Below, piece after piece: positions 1 to 12,989 of a stretch of DNA of 64,000 bases. Origin of the DNA: Ophelia neglecta (Eukaryota); NCBI GenBank assembly GCA_965285935.1, contig OZ260662.1:40548001-40612000 (forward strand). The letters run 5' to 3'. The notes below the pieces were generated by a model. That model saw nothing but the letters and a program-made list of their open reading frames with translations, did not search any database and was not told where the DNA came from. Positions within the stretch are counted from its first letter, which is position 1. Every line of letters starts with the position of its first letter. The translations under genes and the position numbers were made by a program.

Positions 1-1774
1 CGGTAAAATGTGCCAACCAACTCCGACAGATCTGAGATCATCTTGTCACTTTACCTTGATATTGGTAAAGAGATATTATGGATTCAACTTCCGGCACGCG
101 AGCTGAACAATGGCGGCGGGGGATAAGGCTAACCTGTGAAACACGAGGACTCCACTGACATATCATATGTTGAAAGCAATTGACGGTACGATGATTGCTT
201 CTAATGGTTCGTTCAGAAAAAGCAGAATTTGTCATCTTCCATCACCTGATAGGCATCACAGATCTAATAATATGTCAGCCTCCCAATTTGCGTTGAATCC
301 TTGCCTAAAAGCACTGTCGCGGCAATGAAAACCGGTAATGAGGCCCGGCAAATAGCAGGATACATTAACATGAGGTTGCTCGACATTGTGAAGATAACCA
401 TCACAGTTGAGTTAACCCATTTTATGATTAAAACAACAAACAAACAAAAAACACGCCAAGAAAAAGACCATCACAACCGAGGGAGAGACGTGTCCTCAAT
501 ATGGAGACAAACACGATTAAAAGTGACAGAAATTTGATCGGTTATATCAATATCAGCCTGTAAGCACTCGAAGTGATCCACTTACATGTACTCGATTTAG
601 AAGTATAAATAGGCGAGTAAAGATGTCACCTAATAAGGGTGTAGGAGGTCACAAAATAGCAAACATTTATTGTTCGCCTAGTATAAATATCATGAGCTTT
701 GTAACTTTATATTATTATTCTCAATAGCCATCGTTCTTGGGGTTAATCAGGTGTAATGATGTACAATAGAAGAACAGGATCTTTTTTCATTGTATATATT
801 GTTTTATTTACACATATATATACTGAAATATTCACAGAATGCTCTTCAAACAACGCATGGAACATCTCTTCACTCGCGCGTAGGTAATTAAACCTATATT
901 AATGGCTGCGTAGGTAGATCTCTAATAATACTACTCACCCCATCAAGACTGATATACTTGGTTCTAGAAATGATAGTATACAAGCCATTCTTTGGCGTAT
1001 ACGTCTTGATGGATAAGTGACGTAAAACTAGGCCTTTTTCAGGCACGATCATGTCTTCATTTAATCTTTGTCATAAGTCATAATATGTCTTTAAATATTT
1101 TCAATCGGGGTCATCAAATAAATTTTTCCTTTACCAGTATACGAGACATGTCCCAAATGTTTATACAAGATACAAGGTGTTTTTTATGGGTGGGGGGGGG
1201 GGGGGGAGGGGACCATCTGGAATGTGCTTAACATGAAGAGGCTATCCAAATATCCAATAGGTCATAGCAGGCAAGTTTTAGTCTAATAACATGACCGGCA
1301 TACGTATCAGCGGGGAGACTGATTTTTGTTAGAAAGTAAAGCCCTGAAAGGACTAGTTGTTTCGTTAGATATATGTTCTCGGTTGTTTTACCGGCTGCTG
1401 ATGATTGATGAGAAATCTGAAGACGTTTCATGGTCCCTCTTGTCTAATGATACCTGCGACATTGCGCTTGCATTATTAATCAAACAATATGGAGCATTCA
1501 CTGATTCAGAATGTCGCCAACACATCCTGTAGCTCGAGGCTCATACAGACATACATGTCCAACCGACCCAACCCAACAGGAAGACGGCTTTACTGATAGG
1601 ATATATGTATATATAAATATATATTCATTTGAGAAAAAAACAAGATCTAAACAGGGCATATACGTTGAATAGATGAATGAATAGATCTTTATCTATTTTC
1701 CAAATATTGAAATCGAGGCAGGATATATTTTCTCATTATAGGCAGGGCCATATAGGCCTTTTTAAACCTACAGC

Positions 1775-1812
1775 GGAAGGGTTGTGGGTTCGAGTCCCAG
1801 CCAAGTCACAAC
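1775..1812 (+). mobile_element. Fragment of tRNA-derived SINE head (pol III B box)
   Basis: GGGTTCGAGTCCC at 1786-1798 fits the B-box/T-arm consensus and is followed by AGCCAAGTCA. No A box or cloverleaf is seen. A similar degenerate segment lies at about 41128-41175. Confidence 0.45.
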
Positions 1813-2280
1813 CACATTTGTATTTTCCAAATGTTATAACGCCAGTAATTCCAAAATGTCCGAATAATAAATATAAATGCATTTCATAGCTTTGAGATAA
1901 TAACAAAAACTAATTTTACGTTTCACATTATAATAATGTAGGACTAGTTGGTCATTTTAATGTGCTCTTTTGTTCAAAAGTCTCAAGAACCTCAAATTAA
2001 AATTAAGCGTGTATTGATCAAACTTTTCTCGAGGGTACCTAAGGCCATTTAGGAACCAATTGCTGCCACTCAGGCCTTTCAGTTATGCCATTGAGTAAAA
2101 ATGGAATTTTTTGTGCCACTACAACTTCCCAGAGCACGTGGTCTTGTGTTCTTTTCTCTTCAGTGATATGTTTATTATCCAGATGAGTGTGATTCTTTTA
2201 ACCAAATGGCTCACGATACCTGTACCTTTTGTACCGTTGTTGGTATATATTTATTTATGAATTGTGCAATAAACATTACC

Positions 2281-2343
2281 AGGTGCGCTTCTTGCCCCCA
2301 ATAGGTGTGCGTCGAAACCCAATAGGTGGCAAGACGCGCACTT
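2281..2343. repeat. Short inverted repeat with internal direct repeat (MITE remnant?)
   Basis: GTGCGCTTCTTGCC and GGCAAGACGCGCAC are 13/14 complementary and enclose two copies of CCCAATAGGTG. Confidence 0.6.
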
Positions 2344-2846
2344 TATATGGAAAAGTCGGAGGGTGATTTAATTGAAGCTTTGCGATCGGAGTTAGTTATG
2401 ATACAGAAATATGGTCCAAATAGGAATGCAGCAGAAGCATGTTCCTATTAGAGGAATTTTAATTTGACACATCCCTAGGTGGTGACAGGTCAGATCAAAA
2501 TTTGAAAGTAGCCACACAATGCCCTCAACATAAAATACAAGTAATATGAATTTTATTGACTCGACGACCTATACTACTAGTATTACACGGGCGCTAGTTT
2601 CCTGATTTGCATATTACTTTGGAAAAGTTTGTCTTACCATACTCCTCATTGTACCTTACTTTTGCCTTTTTAGCGGCATTTTGCCAGCGGAGTTTCGCCG
2701 ATCATAGAAAGCCCTACATGGTTTAATGCAGCGTTAAGATCTGCACCAGGTGATAATCCTGGGTGAAATAATGAATGGCCTCTGGCAACTCATCAACTGC
2801 CTCTCTCGTCCAAAGTTTTATATCTGAATCACACGATTCAGTATAG

Positions 2847-3040
2847 TTATACAGCCATGGGTGGAATGAACAAACCAACAGCGAAACGGCAAACTATTTC
2901 AACTTTCATTTGAACAAATAACATAGAAAGTGCCTCCCTTGATGTTTTCCGAGGACTTTCCTTATCGCGGCCATCTTTATTGCACCACTGTATTACGTGG
3001 TGAAGCTTAAGGAGCTCGTTCTGTACCATAGAAAGTACAG
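2847..3040 (-). pseudogene. Decayed L2/CR1-like LINE reverse transcriptase fragment
   Basis: Translation QNELLKL..IQWCNKDG...P.KT...VEIV.RF.VGLFI loosely follows the post-YADD RT pattern L..W...N.L..N..KT...IE.V..FK.LGV.I. Recognised by eye only. Confidence 0.35.
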
Positions 3041-4339
3041 CTATGACCTAGCATTATTGCTGCAACGATTCTTACAAAAACGCATAAATTTTTTGTTACT
3101 CATGCGGGGTCCTTTAATTAAGCAATTCAGCAGGAAATGGTTATTTGGTCATGGATTAAATAAGGCTTCTTGCTCTGGGAGTTTAGGTCTATGATATAAT
3201 TAGGTGAAGGTAAAAAACGACCCGCTTCAATCGGCCACGAAAACAAGAAGCTCACTTGGCTTCTTCATTACAGTCAGCAAATTGCCAGGATAGGTTAAAA
3301 TGGGACAAGCAGCTGGTGTTTTCCTGCCTTTCCAATTAGTTGCACCCCTTCAATCTTTTCTATTATATTTCCAGCTGAGCAACTACGGGGATTTTCCGCG
3401 CCCAGCATCAGTTTATAACCCTTATGGCTACACAAACGTCCAACCGGATTCATCACAGGTTAAGAATGGAAACCGAGGTAAAGAAATTTGCCATTTGAGC
3501 TTCTTGGCTTGTCTACATAGAATACATGTAAAGACACCTTAAGTTTGCAGAAAACCAAGTCTCACATAGGCAATGGCTAGCCACCGAAGCAGTGGAAAGA
3601 GTACTGTAGTCATACTCTTTGTTTTTTCATGCGAATGCCTTTAAAAGCGCTCATCTATCAAATGTGTCAGTTAGACCGGAAGTCCTAATGTGTCTGCCAC
3701 TGGTCACGCTATCCCGTTGGCCGCTTAAGAATAAGTGACTGCATATTCCGGTCATCTTTGTTCTGCAATGCGAACAGTGAGCTTGTATTGCTGCTACATA
3801 AAGTATAATGTATGCTGAGTCGAAAACTCTCTCACCTCTATTTATATTGTGATCTCCGATATGAATAATTGTTGGAAGCCGGGGTGATCACAGACAATGT
3901 TGGATGGCCTACATCACCAGGCAGTAAGTAGTAGGCCCAAGGAACTGTCAATTCTGAGTAGTATACATCTAATTTGTGGCAAGCTTTTTATCAAACTAAA
4001 ATGGCGAGTTTTATGCCTTAATAATCCATATAGAAACAGGAAAGACTAAAATGATGAAGGCAGTGCCTCATATCGAGCGCAGCAGTGTTAGTTGATGTTT
4101 TTTGTGTGTAATCAATTAACCTAATAATAAAATCTATATAATCCAAGCTTTAAAAGAAAAGAATGCAAACCTTAATATTCAATTCAAAATGCCACGGCAC
4201 AATCTTCACGTGCGGTTCCCCGGTGGAGGTAACGACGTTTAGTCCTTTTTAATTCTACAGTAACCAGTTTGGCCGCTGTGCAGTACAGACGGTAGCAATG
4301 TTTATAGGTAGCACAGGTAGACTGCTTAGTTTGACTATA

Positions 4340-4430
4340 TACACGCATGTTAAGGTTAGAGCCTCGCTTCTCGAGGCAGCCCGAAGGTCTGCCTCGAGCT
4401 GCGCTCAATATTAAATTAGCTTGAGAGTAA
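4340..4430. repeat. Foldback (hairpin) element
   Basis: Perfect 10-bp stem CTCGAGGCAG (4370-4379) / CTGCCTCGAG (4389-4398) around CCCGAAGGT. Imperfect pairing extends outward (TACACGCATGTTAA versus reverse complement TACTCTCAAGCTAA). Confidence 0.7.
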
Positions 4431-5527
4431 GACAGTTAAAACGATACAAATGCCCGATCTTTTTTTCTCGAAACTAGTAATAATTAATGATACACTGAAA
4501 ACTTCCCATAAAGAATAACCCATCGGGTTTTAGTCATTCAGATGTAGTAAAACACGAGTCTGAATCTAAATTGCCAAAACACCATGAGTTATGTTTCTGA
4601 TCCGCTGCTGGTTGCCAGGGCTCAAGGGACGTGTCTGCCGTGTTATAAGGCGTGAGTAACTCGAGCGTAGGCTTAATATTCAGTACAAATCATATGAATT
4701 GATTTGTGGGTCAATAAAGCGTAAAGAATAATAAAAGTAGATTGTCGCATGTATTTCTGATACTGTAAGCCCCCCCCCCTGTCCCCATCCAATTGTTTAA
4801 TCTGGTTTCTGCCGGGCGAAACAGGTTTTTAGTAGGCTAATGGTCTGAAAAATACTTACTGTCAACTTAGTGTGGATATATGTTCTAAAAATGAAAGAAG
4901 ATAAAACTGTTCCCTACTGACTTTTTTGTTCTGGCGAAAAGGTAACACTAGAATATATATATTTGCTACAAGTTTAAAAGCTTATCAAATTATAACGGCA
5001 ATTTATAACGGTAAACCAAATTCTTTTCTTCTCCTTGACCACTTGTTGTGACAGTTTACATAGGCTATGAATGAGTAGATAGCCGAGGGCGTGAATACCT
5101 ACAATGTTAGGCAAAACTAATGAAATTTGACGTTAGCGGACGTCCGATTCTGGACACTTCTAAAATGCCAAGCGAAGCGTTTAGATGGCATCTCTGCATG
5201 TGACATAAAAAGGGTCACCCGAGTAATCGATAAGAACAGAACACAATTGCCTTGAACTTAAACTTGAAATAAGATACTTAGAATAATGAAACCATAGGGC
5301 CTACAATGTAAAGGACCAGTTTACTTCTTTTTTATGTTGGATGAACGTTTTATTTTAAATAACTTCAAAATTCATGGGATTCCTGCGAAGATGGAATACA
5401 TTAAAGCCCTTTTTAGGCCAGTAATGACTTGCTCCAGAGCCCCGGCGCTGCGCACATATATATGAAATTGAAACCTCTACACAGGAACACAGCTCAACCG
5501 ACAACACTTCGACCAATTTACAAATAA

Positions 5528-5813
5528 CCTTAAAATATAGGTGAATCAAATCTCAAATGACGTCTTCATATAAACAATTGCAAGTGACGTGTCGGGCCTT
5601 CATTGGTAGACCAAGCCAGTTAACGTCATAATACGATGCCTGCTGATTTGTCAACATAAAACGTGACGCACACCATATTTTGTGACGTCACTAGCTACCA
5701 CTATCACATTGTATTGCATTGGCTCATGAGACCAACCAGCCCGTTCTACCAATGAAGGCAGGACACGTCATTTGCAATGGATTATGTGTAAATTGATTCT
5801 CCTTTAATTTTAG
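5528..5813. mobile_element. Foldback MITE-like element
   Basis: 34-bp arms at 5577-5610 and 5745-5778 are 31/34 complementary (ATTGCAAGTGACGTGTCGGGCCTTCATTGGTAGA versus ATTGCAAATGACGTGTCCTGCCTTCATTGGTAGA). Weaker pairing continues to about 5528 and 5813. Confidence 0.75.
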
Positions 5814-8019
5814 GCTGGTTGTAATATATCTGGTTACTCCCAATATCTAAATGGCCAGCTCAAAACGGCACAATATTAGTAGAAAAATCTAGACCTAATT
5901 TACTTTGAAATTTATAACATATCTACTTATTATTCTGAGATTACTATTTATTGCCAAAAAAACAAAAAACACTTAACTACCTAAAATGATATATAACGGG
6001 AAGCTTTTTTTTGCTGCTCTAATATTGTAAGCCAAACGTATATGTGTCGGGTGGCTTTGCCCGCCTTCAAGGAGTCGCTAACTAGGAATCTATATTGCAT
6101 ACAACTTCCTTTCCTCTGGCAGCCCGGTATATGTTGTCAGGTCGAACATTGAGCTACCCTGCTTAGGCTTTCTTAAATAACGATACACTACCGACGTTCA
6201 GTAGATTGGAGTACAGCAAGCGGTAAAAAGCCAATAACTTATCTTGGATCGTATAATTAAATCCAATGAATCTTATTCGCTTGATAAATGTCTGGCATAG
6301 AAGAAGCAAAATTACTTTAGTGATGCATTGTCATATATCGGCAACACTCACTTGGCCTCGTTTTATTTTTGTTTATGTTTGATTGTGACGACAGCCAATG
6401 TTTTAGAGATTTATGGCTCAAAGAAACCGCACACGTATGTCCGAGATATCCATTAGTCTTAGGTTATTTTGCTTTATTATGCAAATTGTAACCATTATTT
6501 TTCCATAAGGAGATAGCCCTTTTCTTTTCTCCTAGCTTTTTTAGAAGTAGGTCTAACGGGCTACACTGTATTGATTTGAAAGCAAAGCACAATTCTGTCA
6601 CAGATGCTTTGGAATTACTAGGCTATAATATGTAGGCTACTTAACACCATTTAATCGTGAACCACAATAAAAATTGCGATAAATAATTTGAGGGTTGGTC
6701 ATTTTTCCTAATCTTCGATTTGGAACTGCCTTAGTTCCGCCGATTGAAAAGATTAAATATTGAGATTTTAGTTTAATTCATAACGAAAGAGAATGCCTTT
6801 GTATATGTAGTTTATAGAGTAGTATTTTTCCGCTGTTTATACATATCATAATACACAAGGCGTTGGACTTATGCGTTAATTCGTTGGCAATCAACTCAAT
6901 GCAGGAGAAAAACGCGTCAAGCGCATCAAACTCCAATGCCTTACGCGTTGGTCTTGAAGTTGATCCACGTTGAGACGATAGCCAAAGCAGATAGAAAGTC
7001 CTGTGGGCAGGGTATCAACTTAAAGAATTTTATCAAATGTAGCGGTCATCAGTAGCTTGAGTAACTTAGTAGTCAAATTAGTATAGGGCGTAGTATTCGT
7101 GGTAAAACAAGTGTCTATATACACTGGACGAGCACGTTTGTACGGTGCTTTTTCTTTGATTAAATTACGGGTAGCAAATGAAAAACTGCCAGTCCAATTA
7201 ATATTACACGTTCAATGGGAGAGAGACCTGGAGCTGGTGTTGCCCGCCTTCTTCCAGTCCCTAAATAGGAGTCTATAAAGTATACAGAAAAAAAATCAAT
7301 ATTTACGCTTCTATATTATTATAGCTTTGCACCGGTCGTGTGTTGCAACTAAGACAACACGGGTACAATAGTATTATAGAAATCATCCACCATTTTTTGG
7401 TGGATTTCCCGAAAACATCATATACCTACTCCAGTATATGCTTATGAATATAAATATATATAGTCTTGTCACAAATTATGTCGAATTTGACATACAAAGA
7501 AGCAGCAAAGGTGATGAGACTGTTAACGTTTGCCCGCTATAACATCAAATCATATAAGTTACCAAATGTGTGAAACTTAAGAAATCGACGCCCATTTGGA
7601 CTTGAAAAGATGCAGGCTAGTGGGGTATTTTTCAAGGATAATTGTTTTTTTTTTTTTAGTCACCGACTAAGAAATTCTCCCCTATGATAAGGAGTTTTCC
7701 TGTTAACAGGACAACAAAGCATACAAACTAGCCATATACTGTGCATTAGGGAAGGAAGTAAAGGGGAAATGGGAACCTCGGGGATGGAAAGCAAATTCTA
7801 TGCGCCTTCAGTGAGTATCCAGTGTTCTTCTCAAGATTTTAACATTTTTATCAGTTTAAATATAAAAATCAATGGACACCATATAAAGTTGATTCAAACA
7901 AAGTTATTTATCATATAATACACAGTACTCCCCTTGACAATTCTATACATAATGTCTATATAAATTTTACTTCTCGTAAATTGAGTAGTGCTATCTATCC
8001 ATTATTTACAAATGAACGT

Positions 8020-8700
8020 TTAATAGCCTTTAATGCTTTAAAGAACTCTGATACATTATCATTCATGAATGTTCTAAAATCTGATGACTTGCATATTTTA
8101 AAATCTATTTAGAAAAAAATATTAATCTGCTCAGTCAAATAAATTCACACTGACTGATTAAATGCTCATGCCTCTTACTCCCAAGAAGCTGGGTGTATGG
8201 TATACATGCTCTTTGTGAGCATAGTGATCCTTAAAGCAATATAATGCTATTGTATCTAAATATGACACTTATAAACATTTGTCTATCTGTATAATAACGG
8301 TCCCCACTACTCAATATATGCGTAGCCAACAATGTGTCCCGAGAATTGAAATTTCGCATTCAAATTTCAGCCGCTACCCAAAGATAGACAGTCTATCAAT
8401 GGAGGCCTGTCAAGCGCTCTATTGGGAAACTTGGACATTAGAAAGGCTTGTGAATTTGTCACAATTGACTATACAAATGCTATTGCCATTGTGGGACTTA
8501 TATCGTCATGCCCTTTCACAAATAAGACAGTACTAGTGTCGACCCGAGTCTCCAAGGAGCTATTATAGACCTTTCTGCCCACTACTAAAGTGCACAATTA
8601 ATTTGATTTTAATTCTGATGAGAATAGCTGGTTTTCCTTGCCACAATTACTAGGCATAAGACTGTTGCAAAGACTGCCATGAGTTCCAAAATCTAATTAA
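8020..8700 (-). pseudogene. Decayed CR1-like LINE RT fragment
   Basis: Collinear frameshifted motifs on the minus strand: LDF..FATV (LDFSKAFDTV), VPQ, QASIDRLS..RLKF (Q.DLD.L..W..LKFN), FLGV, TEQIN, FRTF..FFKALKAIKR (RRTF..LYKALVRP). Confidence 0.5.
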
Positions 8701-9059
8701 GTTCCATCTTCCATGACTATGTCGTCCTTTTGGAGATTAATACTCAGCTAAACTATTTTTAGATATTTATCCAAAATCGAATTAAGAAAATTAGACTATT
8801 TAACAAGTTAAAGCATTAGCTGAATTCAATTTTTTTTTCAAAAGGTGAAAAATGCGAGCATTGATCCGGAAGAAAAGGGCAAAGGTCATTGTGGAAATGC
8901 AGTCAATGTGAAAATCTAAATCACCAAATCAGGTTGTTATAATATCATGCCTTAATTTCCTTTAAGTGGTCAATACAATTGTCACGCCTATCTTGCACCA
9001 GAGAGATGTTATAAGACATTTTTCTGTTCCATTTGGTCCAGGTCAATGTCAGTGTCACA

Positions 9060-9530
9060 ACAAAATTCCATGGTTACCTTGAATTTGACCTTGCGCAATT
9101 TTTCAAAGTCATATTTATACAAGTGGAGATTTCACTGCCTTCAGGTGGTTCAACGGCATACAAAAATACGTACATATAAATGAAACATGCCAGATAAACT
9201 GACCATTCAAAGAAGTCATCATTGTGCAGGTTATCTATTGGTGACCTTCAATTTGACCCCGACCTCTTTTCAACGTCATATAAAGCAAAATACCCATTCC
9301 CTTTGACGGCGAAATGAGGCATGATATACATGTCAAGTGTTATGGCCACTAATAGGAAGGCACATGCAAGGATTGTATTTGTTTCCTAAATTTGACCTTG
9401 ACCTAGTTTTTTAATGTTATATTTTGCATGTTTTGGCTAACAGGGCGTGAAGACCTTATATTGAAGTTTTCTAGGGATTCACATGGAAAGAATCTATTGG
9501 CAACTTTGGATTGACCTCATCCTTAAGTTA
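9060..9530. repeat. Degenerate 140-170 bp tandem units carrying ATTTGACC(TTGACCT) motifs
   Basis: ATTTGACC at 9083, 9251 and 9390, each followed by a TTTTTCAA.GTCATA-like tail. A weaker copy lies at about 9510. Confidence 0.55.
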
Positions 9531-11990
9531 AACATTGCTTTTTTATTCGTTTTGGTTAACACTGGCCGATAGAAATGTCAAACATATTGGCCAATGCGTC
9601 TAGTAGAATCACGCACGAGTATCTGAGGCTAACATGATTTTTCGGATAGGGCCAATTTTGCACCCAAAAAGCTATTATTATCATGTTGTACTCAATGTAA
9701 CAGTTGGTTTGGGGGTAAGATTAACGCTTGCTGTTTTCCATCCAGCACCGGCGGATGGATTCTGTAATGGCGTGACGGGTAGACGCCCTGACCTGCAGGA
9801 CCCAAGCAATAAGACTCCCACAGAGGGATTTACCATTGGTACAGGCTGATTACGGGGTGTAGTTATCAAGCAGCAGGACCCAATGGATTCTGAAGGAGAT
9901 CGACCGTCTTAGAAGAGTTCCATCTCTGCTTGACAAGCCATCAAGTAATGTCAATGATCTGCTTAGCCGATTACCAATTATCCTTATATATTAATACACA
10001 GTAAACAACCTAAAAGGCCCCAGCCATCTTTAAGGGTTCGCGTTCATGTATTATGCGCTGCATATGGCTTTTGTGGAAGTACTCCATCCATCATTTGGAC
10101 AGAGTGGGGACTGTGGTTGTGCAGGCAGATTTCCTTCATGATACATGCTAATACGCTTCGATTAAAATGTTGACAACCCCTAGCTTTGTTAATGGCTATA
10201 AGGTCGATAATGTTAGGTGGTAGACATTTGCTGAGTGTTCCTGGGCTTCTGCCTAATTGACCGGAAGGCTTTTTTCGAATTTTATTCGTGACAGTGATTT
10301 GTTTGGCATTAGCTTACTTTGTACAGACCTATATAAGTGGAAGTAAAGCAATGCTTGGGTTCCATGTTTATCGGGAATACACCCTACATAGCAAACTGAA
10401 TAAGAATAGCAGTCCGATAATCAGCGTACTTCGTATGTTCCAATAGCCAACAACAAAGAAATCTCAACAAAAGAGGTAGGCGTAATTATAATGCCACTAC
10501 AATTGCAATAATTCACCATGCTTAATGCAAAAAAAGTTTTCGGAAGAAAATTTAAAGTTTCGTCTTGTAGAGAGGAAATCCTTCTTGTTTGATTAGGAGC
10601 TCTGCAGACTACTCTTTTCGAAAGAACTCAGGTTTCAATCTAGATTTTTGGTTAAAGTCATTTTGCAAAATATTAGCCGTATGCGGTATGAATGTTAAAA
10701 ATATAAAGGAGAATATTGAACGTTTGAAATTCGGCTCGTTTGTTTCCCCAGAAGATAAAGTTTTGTCTGTACTTGGCACAATGGCGGTTAGAATGCCATA
10801 GTAACTGGCTTCTCTTCCCGCACAATTGTATCTAGCTAAGCTCAGCTGGTAGGCAGGTAACAGGAAAACGAATCCGACAAATTCAGTTCATTTCTCTTCA
10901 TTCATGTACATTTGAGGTTGTTTTTTAAGGGAAAATTGTATTTTACAAAAGAAGTATAATAGTAATTGGAGCAGTTTGAATACTATATCAACATTAAAAA
11001 TTAATGTTGTAGCCACACGGACAAGTCAGAAAAATCTCCACAGTATCATGCAAAGTTGATTCGGTACATAGGGGTAAAATTGTTATGTAACGATGCAGTA
11101 CATGGCATCAGACTCATTTTGATGTTGCATTATGTCAAAGAGAGGTTCGCTTTTACCGTTAGAAAAACATGGAATACGGTGTGACATTCTCTCTCATATT
11201 CAACATCAGAAAATGAAGCAAGATACTCATCATGGCATCGTAAATATTTAATAAAGATTTTGCTGTCCATTAATTATAACTTATGATATAACAGTTCGTG
11301 TCGGATGAATGAGGGAAATTCAGTTATTATACTTAACTGGTAGGTCTTAAACATTAAAGAAGATCGACAGTAAGTTGCGTAATAAAATTAAACGTGAAGT
11401 GTTATTGTTGGTGTTATCCAGGGTTTAATGTAAACTCAAGACAATATATGGCAGGGAAGCCGGCCACGGATATTGTCGAGAGCCCTGGGGTTGAGTACAC
11501 GTTGTTAACTCCCCATGACTCTTCTCTCACCCTGTTTGACAAGAGTGGGACGACTTACATGCCTTATTAGGTGCTCGATACGCTGTTTTACACGACGAAT
11601 TATCGCTCCTTATAGTCGTTGTCCTGATCCAGGGATAACTCAAGGAAAATTGACATTAATCGTTAAACAGATGCGATGTGAACAAAACATTGAATAAATG
11701 CTTACTTTGTCAATTGAGTTATCACTATTCACTTTTATAATATGGATATAATGAGACACCATTTAAAGGCGTGCAACATCTTCATCTATCAAGTCGACAA
11801 GGTTAAAACTTGGCTGCCAGAGCACACGTTCTCAGTCTATTCGTGATTTTCTCATGGCATTTTCGTGGCTTAGACTGTGTTGGCTATGTTGAGTCTAGAG
11901 CACAAGCGAATCTCTTCATAGACCGGTCAAGTTTGCCAGGAAAAGCGTGGTAATCTTTTGAAGTGGAATTGAAAACTTTCCAATGAGCCC

Positions 11991-12184
11991 TGTTGCGGTG
12001 TGGGCGAAGTAAACCCTGTGGTAATTCTTTTCCTTTTATTCTTCAAATCCCCCTGAAGCTACCACTGTAGTCACGTGATTACATGATCACCATCAGCGTG
12101 GCTTGCGTTCCCGCTTGCCTTCTGTAAGACAAGAACAAGAAAACACCCAGTTTATCATGACAACTTTACCAAGGCATAACAACA
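11991..12184 (-). mobile_element. Short solo LTR candidate (194 bp)
   Basis: TGTTG...CAACA termini. Flanks GCCC and GCCT give a 4-bp TSD with one mismatch. Minus-strand AATAAA at 12035-12040 lies about 45 nt from the 3' end. Confidence 0.5.
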
Positions 12185-12989
12185 GCCTTGCATGGCTGGC
12201 CTTTCATTTTCCCTGCTGTTATTTTGCCATGTGTGAGTGTAGGTGGGGGAGGCTGAATACAACCTGTTTAATGCCACCCCAATCTCGCTGATTATAATTG
12301 ATCCGAGAAATCTATACTCCTTTCATGGTGTTTTAGTAGATACCTTTTTGTCCTACGCTATAGGTCAGATATTGATCTAAGCACTCCCGGAAATCAAAAC
12401 CACTCTCGGAATAGTCGTCACAGTGCCGTGTCAAGGTGAGAAGAAAAGCTGGGAATAGTTGTTGAAATTTAGTGGCCAAAGGAAATAATTGTCTGCCATG
12501 ATATAGTTAAGCATCCAAGGCCGTACCTCACAGAATAAGGTGAAGATATAATTGGGGTCTCGGGTGATAATCTGTTAAGAGGTGACATAAGTGGAATTAA
12601 TGATGCTGAGCTGACCTTGGTGCACTGTGACTTATTGAGGTTTCATCAGCAGCTGCTTCAATTGTTGATGCAAAATATGGCAAACAAAGAAGCCGCTATT
12701 ACCGAGTTATGATGGATGTTATACCTTTTTATAGTGTACAGAAGAGGCACTTTTTGTGCCCAGTGTTTGTTCCTACGCCCTCCCAAGCCGCGGAAAAGAT
12801 TGGAGTAGCTAGTCTATACATCTTACGAACTACAAAGAAACAACGCAGTGATAAAAATAGTCTTTCAAGTGAATCAACATTTGTTCTTATATTTTCTGAT
12901 AGGGGTTCTCCTTTTAGCAATTTGAGGGTACAAATAACATGGGATTTTCTCAGTCTATTAATGTAAATATCATTTCTTTATTATAATTA

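Noticed and set aside
9684-9940. GC-richer block with short internal repeats (GCAGGACCCAA, ATGGATTCTG) as a solo LTR
   Set aside because: There is no convincing terminal inverted repeat or polyadenylation signal, and the one possible 4-bp duplication could be chance.
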